This document shows positions 1-8,439 of a stretch of 52,595 nucleotides of DNA, one piece after another. The stretch covers positions 1 to 52,595 of IMG/VR virus record IMGVR_UViG_3300020438_002387. One strand, written 5' to 3'. Each line of letters begins with the position of its first letter. Position 1 is the first letter of the stretch. This DNA is from a virus (lineage: Duplodnaviria > Caudoviricetes). The notes beneath the pieces were generated by a model, which saw only the letters and a list, made by a program, of their open reading frames with translations, did not search any database and was not told the origin of the DNA. A program made the position numbers and the translations under genes.

Positions 1-60
1 TATCTAAAAGATGAAATGCACAGAATTAATTCTTACTTAGTACAAAAAGGTTTAGAATGA
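1..60 (+). CDS. 3' end of a truncated small protein (…YLKDEMHRINSYLVQKGLE*)
   Basis: Open frame from the window edge to TGA at 58-60, overlapping the next ATG (ATGA coupling). Confidence 0.5.
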   Translation, partial: YLKDEMHRINSYLVQKGLE

Positions 61-191
61 AAGATTGTAAAAATCTTGAAAAACTTAGGGCTGCTTTAAG
101 ACAAGCGGGTTTAGATTATGTAGTTACTCGTACAGACGGTGCAGTTGCTCATGTTAATGTTTGGATCAAAGAAGGTAAAGATGAAACGTGA
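57..191 (+). CDS. small hypothetical protein (44 aa), not in ORF track
   Basis: ATG57 overlaps the upstream stop; MKDCKNLEKLRAALRQAGLDYVVTRTDGAVAHVNVWIKEGKDET*; overlaps the next start. Confidence 0.5.
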   Translation: MKDCKNLEKLRAALRQAGLDYVVTRTDGAVAHVNVWIKEGKDET

Positions 192-702
192 TTATGACAC
201 AGGCGTAGAAAGTGATGTACAATTCTTTGTAGGTACAGAAGTTGAAAAGACTCCTGCTTACGGAATGAAAACATTGTTTGTTACAGGCATACATTCTTAT
301 ATAACAATTAAACAGCACATTGCAAACGAACAGGTAGAGCATGTATTCTTTGGTGCTAACCACAGTTATAATCCTGAACTAGCAGAAGACTTTGAAGAAT
401 GGGAAGCAATGGTACTTCCGCTTGTCAAAGAAGGTATTCTATGTAGTTTAGACATTCCAAGTACAATTAATATGGAATGGTTCTTAGACGGTGGACTAAC
501 TGAGTATAATAACTTCATTCCACAAATACGTGTTGTAGTACCTTATGTTGGACAGTGGAACTATAACACAATGGTTAAGATTGATGATCGAGGATTTAAA
601 GAAACTAATCCAGGCGTTTGGTGTCATAGCTTACATGATCTAATGGATCGTAATAAATTTACAGATTGGTCAAAATACGGCCTTGACAAAGTTATTAATT
701 GA
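181..702 (+). CDS. hypothetical phage protein in the deazaguanine cluster
   Basis: Long ORF; ATG181 with AAGGT upstream preferred over GTG139; no recognisable motif. Confidence 0.75.
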   Translation: MKRDYDTGVESDVQFFVGTEVEKTPAYGMKTLFVTGIHSYITIKQHIANEQVEHVFFGANHSYNPELAEDFEEWEAMVLPLVKEGILCSLDIPSTINMEWFLDGGLTEYNNFIPQIRVVVPYVGQWNYNTMVKIDDRGFKETNPGVWCHSLHDLMDRNKFTDWSKYGLDKVIN

Positions 703-711
703 AAGTATACT
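683..711 (+). promoter_or_regulatory. sigma70-type promoter
   Basis: TTGACA(683-688)-N17-TATACT(706-711) just upstream of ATG718. Confidence 0.8.
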
Positions 712-717
712 AATAAT

Positions 718-1158
718 ATGCAAGAAAGATATTACGCATATATGCAACGTAGAATGAGAGAAGAAGATAAAATGGAAGAAGCACAACGAAGTATTTGGGT
801 AACCTTTGCTAAAGAAGGTGTACACATGTACCCAGGCGCAGATACTGATCCTAAATTAGCAACAGGCGATTGGGATGACGTATCATTCCTTGGTATTCCA
901 CATCGTCATATCTTTCACTTTCGTGTTCGTATTGAAGTATTTCATAACGATCGCGACATTGAATTCATTCAGTTTAAACGCTGGATGGAAAGGTTGTATG
1001 CACAAGATGTCATACAACTAGATCACAAGAGCTGTGAGATGATCGCAGATGACTTGTACTTAGAAATTTCTACAAAATATCCAGGCCGGTTTGTAGAGAT
1101 CAGCGTTGCAGAAGACAACGAAAACGGCTGTTTAATTTACTATCCTGCAAAGTCATAA
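718..1158 (+). CDS. dpdL: QueD-paralogous T-fold protein, DpdL-like (putative 7-carboxy-7-deazaguanine decarboxylase)
   Basis: LGIPHRHIF = LxxxHRHxF instead of the QueD CxxxHGH motif; SCEMIA and C-terminal VAEDNENG T-fold strand; clustered with folE/queE. DpdL match is from recall of the literature. Confidence 0.6.
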   Translation: MQERYYAYMQRRMREEDKMEEAQRSIWVTFAKEGVHMYPGADTDPKLATGDWDDVSFLGIPHRHIFHFRVRIEVFHNDRDIEFIQFKRWMERLYAQDVIQLDHKSCEMIADDLYLEISTKYPGRFVEISVAEDNENGCLIYYPAKS

Positions 1159-1175
1159 TAAGAGGAATTAATCCA

Positions 1176-1373
1176 ATGACTATTCAAAACCCCGCAGTAA
1201 ACAAGGTCTTTAATGACTTGGATACTTATCGTAACTACTGTCGTTTCGAAGGAAAAGTGTTTGACGAAAAAGCACTTTATAAAAAAGATGATCCTAATTG
1301 GATCGCTTTCCAAAAGTACCAAGGTTGGTTACGAGCTAAAGCACGTAATCAGAACCGCAACCGGAGAAGCTAA
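1176..1373 (+). CDS. small hypothetical protein
   Basis: GAGGA RBS; TAATG coupling to the next gene. Confidence 0.75.
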   Translation: MTIQNPAVNKVFNDLDTYRNYCRFEGKVFDEKALYKKDDPNWIAFQKYQGWLRAKARNQNRNRRS

Positions 1374-2461
1374 TGACTATTCATATTGTAGACATCGAAG
1401 CAGTAGACACTCGTTATACTAAACAGTGGAAGGACTATTTGCCTCGGCAACTTCAACGTGCTACAAATGAAGACGTAAAAGTTATTAGTGGTGGGGAAAC
1501 GCCTCAGGCAACTACGCCTGGGGCTTTCTTAAACTTTGGCGGCACTAACGTTTACAAAAGTAAACAACTAGAACAGATAGGCGAAATGTTCTGCAACGGA
1601 GATGTAAAAGATGGAGATTATTTCTTATATACGGATGCGTGGAACCCAACTGTTATCCAACTTAAATACATGGCTGAGCTCTTGGGTGTTGATATCCGAG
1701 TCGGCGGTCTTTGGCATGCTGGTAGTTATGATCCTCATGATTTCCTGGGCAGGCTAATAGGTGATAAACCTTGGGTAAGACATGCTGAACGTAGTATGTA
1801 TGAATGCTTTGATGATAATTTTTATGCTACAGATTTTCATATTGATATGTTTTGTGATACAATTTTAGATAAAGAAAATAATGATCACTGGACAACACAA
1901 GAAGCATTAGATTTTGATGATAAAGTACATCGTGTAGGTTGGCCTATGGAGTATCTAAAAGGTAGTTTAGATAGTTACAAAGGTATGGAAAAGCGAGACT
2001 TGATCTTGTTCCCACATCGTGTTGCTCCTGAGAAACAAGTTGATATCTTTAGAGACCTTCAAACACGTTTGCCACAATATGAATTTGTAGTATGCCAAGA
2101 ACGTGAACTTACTAAAAATGAATACCATAATTTGTTAGGTGAAGCAAAGATTGTGTTTAGTGCTAACTTGCAAGAAACACTAGGCATTAGTTGGTACGAA
2201 GGAGCATTAGTAGATGCTATTCCTATGGTACCAGATAGGCTCAGCTACAGTGAAATGGCATTGCCAGAGTTTGCATATCCTAGCAAGTGGACAGAAGACT
2301 ACCCTGCATATGTAAAACACAGAGGCGAAATTGTTGCAAAGATATGTGATTACATGGAAAACTATGATGACTATCTTGTAAGTCTAGACAAACAACGTAC
2401 AAAGTTAAACAAAGAGTTTTTTAGCGGAGCAGCATTGTATGACACAATCCAAAGACGATAA
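1373..2461 (+). CDS. GT-B fold glycosyltransferase (GT4-like; GTDC1/QTMAN-like motifs)
   Basis: FPHRVAPEK, LQETLGISWYEG (Ex7E donor-binding motif), VPDRLSYSE. Confidence 0.75.
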   Translation: MTIHIVDIEAVDTRYTKQWKDYLPRQLQRATNEDVKVISGGETPQATTPGAFLNFGGTNVYKSKQLEQIGEMFCNGDVKDGDYFLYTDAWNPTVIQLKYMAELLGVDIRVGGLWHAGSYDPHDFLGRLIGDKPWVRHAERSMYECFDDNFYATDFHIDMFCDTILDKENNDHWTTQEALDFDDKVHRVGWPMEYLKGSLDSYKGMEKRDLILFPHRVAPEKQVDIFRDLQTRLPQYEFVVCQERELTKNEYHNLLGEAKIVFSANLQETLGISWYEGALVDAIPMVPDRLSYSEMALPEFAYPSKWTEDYPAYVKHRGEIVAKICDYMENYDDYLVSLDKQRTKLNKEFFSGAALYDTIQRR

Positions 2462-2816
2462 TGACATTGTAATACTTACAGGATCTAGTGATCCGTATGA
2501 TATTACATTTGACGATATGGCAACAACTACTACTATATCTACTGATACAATATCTACTGATAGCTTTACAATTACAGATGGCGATTATGTTTTTAATTTA
2601 GATGATACTATTAACATTGATAGTATTGTATCAGGATCAACTGTTAGTACAGGCTTTGGTACTGAATGGATAGATCATTTGCCTGCAATGAGTGTAGTGC
2701 AGGACATGTGTAAACATTATCCTGCACTTGAAAAAGCATTGGAAAATTTTAGAACCGTTTACAAAATGGTTGAACAAGATTATAAAGGGAACCATCAAGA
2801 TAATGATCTTTTCTAA
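2439..2816 (+). CDS. hypothetical protein with Thr/Ser/Asp-rich N-terminus
   Basis: GGAG RBS; overlaps both neighbours. Confidence 0.7.
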   Translation: MTQSKDDNDIVILTGSSDPYDITFDDMATTTTISTDTISTDSFTITDGDYVFNLDDTINIDSIVSGSTVSTGFGTEWIDHLPAMSVVQDMCKHYPALEKALENFRTVYKMVEQDYKGNHQDNDLF

Positions 2817-3246
2817 ACTAATGGATAAACTTGGTAGGCGTAGAGTTATTACAGAACGTGATAGCGATGTGCCTTACCTAGTACGATATTATGTGTTTCT
2901 AAAGGACAGAAAGAACTTTCCTTTTAACATAACACTACACAAGGTTCTTGTAAGTGATGAACCTGTACTGCATGATCATCCTTGGTCATATGCAACATTT
3001 ATTATCAAAGGCGGCTATTGGGAAAATACTCCAGACGGGCGTTTTTGGAGAGGACCTGGACATTTCCGTTATCGTAAAGCAAATGATACACATTGGTTAG
3101 AACTTGGCAAAGATGCAGACGGTAATGAAATTCCATGTTGGAGTTTGTTCTTTATGGGCCGTAAAGCAGGCGCTTGGGGTTTTTTAAAGAATGGTATTTG
3201 GATTCACAATAAAGATTACTTAGCAAGAGGTGCTAAACATGATTAA
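2803..3246 (+). CDS. cupin-fold protein
   Basis: LHDHPW…GGYWE…H cupin metal-binding motif; ATG2803 chosen. Confidence 0.7.
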   Translation: MIFSKLMDKLGRRRVITERDSDVPYLVRYYVFLKDRKNFPFNITLHKVLVSDEPVLHDHPWSYATFIIKGGYWENTPDGRFWRGPGHFRYRKANDTHWLELGKDADGNEIPCWSLFFMGRKAGAWGFLKNGIWIHNKDYLARGAKHD

Positions 3247-3778
3247 GAAACATTATTACAGTTGGACTGACATAGAGCGTATGTGTATAAGCATTATGAA
3301 TCAGATGTTTAGAGACAACTGGCGTCCTGATTATATTGTAGGTATTACAAGAGGCGGAAACGTTCCTGCTACTATATTAAGTAATATGACTGGAATACGG
3401 TGTGAAGCACTTAAAGTAAGTTTGCGTGACGATGACAGCGAAAGCGAATCTAACGCCTGGATGGCTGAAGATGCGTTTGGATATAATGACGGTACAATAG
3501 TAACAGCAAGTCCACTACATAAAAAAATTCTAATTGTAGATGATATCAATGATACTGGTGCTACATTTAATTGGATTAAAAAAGATTGGCAAGCGAGCTG
3601 TTTACCAAATGATCCTAGATGGAATAAATTATGGGGTGACAATGTACGATTTGCTACACTAACAGATAATCTAGCCAGCGAATTGGATGGTAAAGTTGAT
3701 TACACTTGTCATGAAATTAACAAAGCAGAAGAGGATGTGTGGCTAGTATATCCTTGGGAAAAAGTAGGAGAATATTAA
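3239..3778 (+). CDS. purine (xanthine-guanine-type) phosphoribosyltransferase
   Basis: IVGITRGG, PRPP-binding ILIVDDINDTGAT, C-terminal WLVYPWE. Confidence 0.85.
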   Translation: MIKKHYYSWTDIERMCISIMNQMFRDNWRPDYIVGITRGGNVPATILSNMTGIRCEALKVSLRDDDSESESNAWMAEDAFGYNDGTIVTASPLHKKILIVDDINDTGATFNWIKKDWQASCLPNDPRWNKLWGDNVRFATLTDNLASELDGKVDYTCHEINKAEEDVWLVYPWEKVGEY

Positions 3779-3970
3779 ATGGCACACGATAGAGAAGAAC
3801 GATTAAGATATATTAAGGCACTTGAAGAAAGTGTCGAGCGCAAAATAGAAGAACTAAAAGAAATGCAAGCAGCAAAAATTAAATATCAACATATGCAGGG
3901 CACTAAAGACAGCATTTATAGACAACAGCGATTAATTGCTAAAATTAAACGTGACATAGGAGTTGAATAA
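3779..3970 (+). CDS. small coiled-coil hypothetical protein
   Basis: AGGAG RBS; coupled to both neighbours. Confidence 0.65.
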   Translation: MAHDREERLRYIKALEESVERKIEELKEMQAAKIKYQHMQGTKDSIYRQQRLIAKIKRDIGVE

Positions 3971-4386
3971 TGGATACACTAGCCGAAGCGCAAAAAGACG
4001 GTAGAGCACCTTGGCAAGATGTTGAACTTAAAACTCGTGAATATACTGTATTCAAAGACAAATATCCTGTTACAGAAGGACATTTGTTAGTTGTACCAAA
4101 AGAAAATAATTTAGAATCTATGTTAAAGTGTTTCCAATTTGCAATTGCAACAGGCGAAGCAAACGTTGTTTCTCAAAAGACTAACATCACTGGTTTTAAC
4201 GTAGGGATGAACGTAGGAACAAGTGCAGGTCAAACGTGCATGTATCCACATGTACACTTAATATTTAGACGTGATGAAGATATGAAAAATCCCACTGGCG
4301 GGGTTAGAAATGTTATACCCGAAAAGGGGAATTATAAATCTTCTGAAATTGACTGGGATAATCTTGCAGTAAAATCAGCAGGTTAA
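3970..4386 (+). CDS. HIT-family hydrolase
   Basis: DKYPVTEGHLLVVPK, GFNVGMNVG…AGQT; histidine-triad region reads YPHVHL. Confidence 0.85.
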   Translation: MDTLAEAQKDGRAPWQDVELKTREYTVFKDKYPVTEGHLLVVPKENNLESMLKCFQFAIATGEANVVSQKTNITGFNVGMNVGTSAGQTCMYPHVHLIFRRDEDMKNPTGGVRNVIPEKGNYKSSEIDWDNLAVKSAG

Positions 4387-4402
4387 AAATGTTTTTTTAT
4401 AC

Positions 4403-4431
4403 TTGACAAAAACCTAAATAACATGTATAAT
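4403..4431 (+). promoter_or_regulatory. sigma70 consensus promoter for folE-queE
   Basis: TTGACA(4403-4408)-N17-TATAAT(4426-4431); spacer contains CTAAATA. Confidence 0.85.
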
Positions 4432-4486
4432 ATAATTATGTTATACACTATACCGGCAATCCACTGCCTAAACATCGGAGAAGTAT

Positions 4487-5176
4487 ATGAGTAAAAGTAA
4501 AGAGATAAAAGCCCGTTTGCAACAAGCAGACAAACGCTTCTGGGCTGGCGACAACATTTCAGACTTTATTAAAGACGGCGAAAAGCAAGTACTAATTGAC
4601 GAGCTTGCTGATAAGTTTGAAGACGTATTACAAGGTCTTGTAATAGATACAGAAAACGATCCTAACAGTAACGGTACAGGTAAACGTCTTGCAAAGATGT
4701 ATATCAATGAACTAATGGCAGGACGTTATGAACCAATGCCTCCAGCAACAGCATTTCCAAATGATAGCGATGATCGTTATGAAGGTATGTTAGTTGTGCG
4801 TAGTGAACTTACAAGTATGTGTTCACATCATCATCAGATTGTTAGAGGTGTAGCATACATTGGTATTATTGCATCAGACAAACTGATTGGTTTAAGTAAG
4901 TATACACGTATTGCACAATGGTGTGCTATGCGAGGTACACTACAAGAAGAACTTGCAAACGACATTGTACGTGAGATTCAAAAAGCAACTGGTGCAGAAC
5001 ATTTGGGTGTCTATGTACAAGCAACACACGGTTGTGTTGAAAACAGAGGTGTAAAGGCACACAGTAGTCTTACACAAACAACTGTTTTAAAAGGTGCGTT
5101 TAAAGATGACGCAGGTACAAAGAAAGAGTTCATGGACAATATTAAACTCCAACAAGAATTTGCATGTGGGAAGTAG
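4487..5176 (+). CDS. folE: GTP cyclohydrolase I
   Basis: SMCSHH, IGLSKYTR, LQEEL, HGCVENRGV motifs. Confidence 0.95.
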   Translation: MSKSKEIKARLQQADKRFWAGDNISDFIKDGEKQVLIDELADKFEDVLQGLVIDTENDPNSNGTGKRLAKMYINELMAGRYEPMPPATAFPNDSDDRYEGMLVVRSELTSMCSHHHQIVRGVAYIGIIASDKLIGLSKYTRIAQWCAMRGTLQEELANDIVREIQKATGAEHLGVYVQATHGCVENRGVKAHSSLTQTTVLKGAFKDDAGTKKEFMDNIKLQQEFACGK

Positions 5177-5179
5177 AGT

Positions 5180-6073
5180 ATGAAACTTAGATATTCAGAA
5201 GCGTTTTATAGCGTACAAGGCGAAGGCAAGTTTGTAGGAGTACCTAGTGTATTCCTACGCACCTTCGGTTGTAACTTCCGTTGCATGAATTTTGGTGTAG
5301 ATACTAAAAAGAATCGCACAGAGTTACATGCAGAAGGACAACGATACAATCAAGAAGTAGCAGATTTAATTGCTAAAGATGTGCATAAGACTACAGAAAA
5401 GTTTGAAGACTTACCTATCATACACACAGGATGTGATACATATGCAAGTATCTATCCTGAGTTTAAACACTTTAATAGACAAGCAACTGTAGACGAAGTT
5501 GTAGAACATTTGCTTTCACTCACTCCTAACGGTAAGTGGGTACAAGATAATGGACAAGATGTCCATTTGATTATGACAGGCGGTGAACCGTTGTTAGCGT
5601 GGCAACGACTTTACGTAGAGCTATTTGAACATCCACGTATGCAGGATTTAAAAAATGTTACATTTGAAACAAATACTACACAAGTACTCAAAGATGATTT
5701 CTACGAGTATCTCGAATCTCAAGATAGATTTACAGTCACTTGGAGTTGTTCCCCAAAACTTAGTGTTAGCGGAGAACCTTGGGAAACTGCTATTAAACCT
5801 GATATTGCTAGTCAGTATATCAGTGTTAACGGTAGTGACATGTATCTTAAGTTTGTTGTCGCTACTCAAGATGACTTTAACGAAGTTGAAAGGGCTGTTA
5901 GTGCTTATCAGAGTGCCGGGGTACAATGTCCAGTATATCTTATGCCGTTGGGTGGACGCAGTGAAGAATACGCCCTCAATGTTAAGGACGTGGCAGAAGC
6001 GTGTATGGAAAAAGGATGGCGATTTACCCCAAGGCTCCACATATCCTTATTCGGAAATGCATGGGGTACTTAA
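5180..6073 (+). CDS. queE: 7-carboxy-7-deazaguanine synthase (radical SAM)
   Basis: EAFYSVQGEG…FLRTFGCNFRC…CDT, TGGEP, ETN, SPK, RLH motifs. Confidence 0.9.
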   Translation: MKLRYSEAFYSVQGEGKFVGVPSVFLRTFGCNFRCMNFGVDTKKNRTELHAEGQRYNQEVADLIAKDVHKTTEKFEDLPIIHTGCDTYASIYPEFKHFNRQATVDEVVEHLLSLTPNGKWVQDNGQDVHLIMTGGEPLLAWQRLYVELFEHPRMQDLKNVTFETNTTQVLKDDFYEYLESQDRFTVTWSCSPKLSVSGEPWETAIKPDIASQYISVNGSDMYLKFVVATQDDFNEVERAVSAYQSAGVQCPVYLMPLGGRSEEYALNVKDVAEACMEKGWRFTPRLHISLFGNAWGT

Positions 6074-6163
6074 TCAAGTGGAACAAGAAAGACTTGATAA
6101 AGCAATGAAAGCTCCAATTAAGCAACCTATGAGCCCAGAAGAAATGAGACGAAAAGGATTAAT

Positions 6164-6556
6164 ATGAAAAACTTTTTAAAAAAACTAACAGGACTAGATA
6201 AAGTAGAAGCCGAAAAGGCTGCTGTTGAATCTGAAAAGATGGAACTACTTAAACAACGTGATCCTAAAGCATATCACACACGTAAGAAAGAACCTTGGGT
6301 AAATGTTATAGATGTTAAAGTTAATGAAGAGAATGTGCGTAATGGCTTCTTTGAACTTGACTGGAACAAATACTTTATCGCACAACTTATTGAAGCAGGT
6401 TATGGCGTTGACAATGACCCAGAAGAAGAAATTGTTGATAGATGGTTCCGTGACATTGTATATAATATGCTCGAAGAAGAAGGACAGGATACTAATCGCG
6501 GAGCCGGATATATCAATGTTACTCCACTTGGGAAAGACAAAAGCGAAGTATCATGA
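6164..6556 (+). CDS. hypothetical phage protein
   Basis: AAGGA RBS; good ORF. Confidence 0.75.
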   Translation: MKNFLKKLTGLDKVEAEKAAVESEKMELLKQRDPKAYHTRKKEPWVNVIDVKVNEENVRNGFFELDWNKYFIAQLIEAGYGVDNDPEEEIVDRWFRDIVYNMLEEEGQDTNRGAGYINVTPLGKDKSEVS

Positions 6557-6915
6557 AAGTACGCATAGGTCCATATCGTAAGAACCGTGCCACAAGAGTT
6601 GAAATAGAACCATACGACACATGGAGCATGGATTGTACACTTGCTATGATTATTCATCCTATGCTTGTACAATTAAAAGCAACTCAACACGGTCATCCAG
6701 CAGACTTGACAGAACAAGAGTGGGATGATATACTAGACGAAATGATCTGGGCGTTTGGACACAAGTCAAAAGAAATAGATGCTGGAGACATGTGTCGTGA
6801 TAAATGTTCAAACTTTGCTGATCCAGTATGCATAGCCTGTTTGAAAGAAACACAGGAACGTCTTACAAATGCATTTACATTGTTTGGCAAGTGGTATGAA
6901 AATTTATGGGATTGA
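6553..6915 (+). CDS. hypothetical phage protein
   Basis: ATGA coupling; C-terminal LFGKWYENLWD. Confidence 0.7.
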   Translation: MKVRIGPYRKNRATRVEIEPYDTWSMDCTLAMIIHPMLVQLKATQHGHPADLTEQEWDDILDEMIWAFGHKSKEIDAGDMCRDKCSNFADPVCIACLKETQERLTNAFTLFGKWYENLWD

Positions 6916-6921
6916 TAATGC

Positions 6922-6950
6922 TTGACACAAGCCAGATCTGGTGCTATAAT
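6922..6950 (+). promoter_or_regulatory. sigma70 promoter with extended -10
   Basis: TTGACA(6922-6927)-N17-TATAAT(6945-6950), TGn before -10. Confidence 0.85.
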
Positions 6951-6979
6951 AGTACTATAAATTACACAAAGGCAAACTA

Positions 6980-7966
6980 ATGGCAACTTATATTCTAGTA
7001 GATACAGCTAACACATTCTTCCGTGCTCGACATGTCGTGCGTGGCGACTTAGATACTAAGCTAGGTATGGCTCTACATATTACACTCAATGGTGTTAAAA
7101 AAGCATGGCAAGACTTTGATGCTGATCATGTTGTATTTTGTTTGGAAGGACGTAGCTGGCGCAAAGACTACTACGAACCTTACAAGCGCAATAGACAAGT
7201 AGCTCGTGATGCTCTTACTCCTGCACAAGCAGAAGAAGATACATTGTTTTGGGAAATCTTTGACGAGTTCAAAGACTTTGTTACTAATAAGACTAATTGT
7301 ACTGTTATGCGTCATCCGCAACTAGAAGCTGATGATCTTATTGCAGGCTGGGTACAAGCACACCCTAATGATGATCATGTTATTATTAGTACAGACGGTG
7401 ACTTTGCACAACTTATTGCTCCTAACTGTAGGCAGTACAATGGTATACAGAATGTTACTATTACGCACGAAGGTTACTTTGATGAAAAAGGCAATCGTGT
7501 AATTGATAAAAAGACTAAAGAAGAAAAGCCGGCGCCTGACCCTGAATACATGTTGTTTGAGAAGTGTATGCGTGGCGACACTAGCGACAACGTGTTTAGT
7601 GCATATCCAGGTGTACGCAAAAAAGGCACTAAGAACAAAGTAGGTCTTATTGAAGCATTTGCAGACAAAGACAAAAAAGGTTACAACTGGAATAACATGA
7701 TGCTACAACGTTGGACTGATCATAATGGCGACGAACATCGTGTACTTGACGACTATACTCGTAATGTTACATTGTGTGATTTAACTGCACAACCTGCAGA
7801 CATTAGAGAGATTATTAATACAACTATTGCAGAAAACGCAACACCTAAAGAAATACAACAAGTAGGTATGCGTCTTATGAAATTTTGTGCTAAGTGGGAT
7901 ATGCAACGTATTGCAGATCAAGCACAAACATATGCAACACCTTTACAAGCGAGATACCCTATATGA
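6980..7966 (+). CDS. rnh: 5'-3' exonuclease / T4-type RNase H
   Basis: ILVD, SWRK..Y..YK.NR, LEADD, ISTDGDF.QL, GDTSDNV. Confidence 0.9.
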   Translation: MATYILVDTANTFFRARHVVRGDLDTKLGMALHITLNGVKKAWQDFDADHVVFCLEGRSWRKDYYEPYKRNRQVARDALTPAQAEEDTLFWEIFDEFKDFVTNKTNCTVMRHPQLEADDLIAGWVQAHPNDDHVIISTDGDFAQLIAPNCRQYNGIQNVTITHEGYFDEKGNRVIDKKTKEEKPAPDPEYMLFEKCMRGDTSDNVFSAYPGVRKKGTKNKVGLIEAFADKDKKGYNWNNMMLQRWTDHNGDEHRVLDDYTRNVTLCDLTAQPADIREIINTTIAENATPKEIQQVGMRLMKFCAKWDMQRIADQAQTYATPLQARYPI

Positions 7967-8439
7967 CATTAAAAGCAAAACCTGTATTGAAAGATAAATT
8001 TTGGATTGTTGAAAGTAACGGAGAAAAGGTCGGAACACTTAGTTGGAATGACGATCGCTATTTGTTTACAAGCAATATAGAAACTTGCTTTTTTGACAAT
8101 AAACGTCAAATGAAGCAAAAGTTTGGTATGGAATTTATTTTTAGTGATAAACCTGATACAGGACAAATTGAAACAAAAGCCGAATATAAAATACACAATT
8201 GTCCTACAAGTGTAAAGCCATACAATGAAATGTATGATGTGCAACGCAAATTGCCTCTTTTTACTAAAAGCGCAAAATCAAAAAGTTTATACTGTGCAGG
8301 ATATTATATTATACACTTCGACAAAGGTTGGGTAAAGAGCTTTTGCCCTAAACTAATTACTGTTGAACGTTATGAAACAAAAGGTCCGTTTAAAACAGAA
8401 ATTGAAATGCGGCAGGAGTTAAGTCGTGCAACCAATTAA
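7963..8439 (+). CDS. hypothetical phage protein
   Basis: ATG7963 overlaps the rnh stop (ATGA). Confidence 0.75.
   Translation: MTLKAKPVLKDKFWIVESNGEKVGTLSWNDDRYLFTSNIETCFFDNKRQMKQKFGMEFIFSDKPDTGQIETKAEYKIHNCPTSVKPYNEMYDVQRKLPLFTKSAKSKSLYCAGYYIIHFDKGWVKSFCPKLITVERYETKGPFKTEIEMRQELSRATN

Noticed and set aside
181-702. DpdA/TGT call for the first full ORF
   Set aside because: Too short and no DSG-type transglycosylase motif seen
718-1158. Calling this canonical queD
   Set aside because: Lacks the CxxxHGH motif; has LxxxHRHxF instead
2520-2580. Short ACT/GATAC repeats (TTTTISTDTISTD)
   Set aside because: Low-complexity coding sequence, not an array or diversity-generating repeat
4455-4486. 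Annotating a known preQ1 or THF-II riboswitch
   Set aside because: Does not match the consensus sequences as recalled; kept only as a speculative finding
5285-5435. Intein or intron in queE
   Set aside because: Insert is about 47 aa, in frame, with no splice-junction or endonuclease motifs
5655-6167. 170-aa alternate-frame ORF overlapping queE
   Set aside because: Almost wholly inside the well-supported queE; only the last ~30 codons may be real
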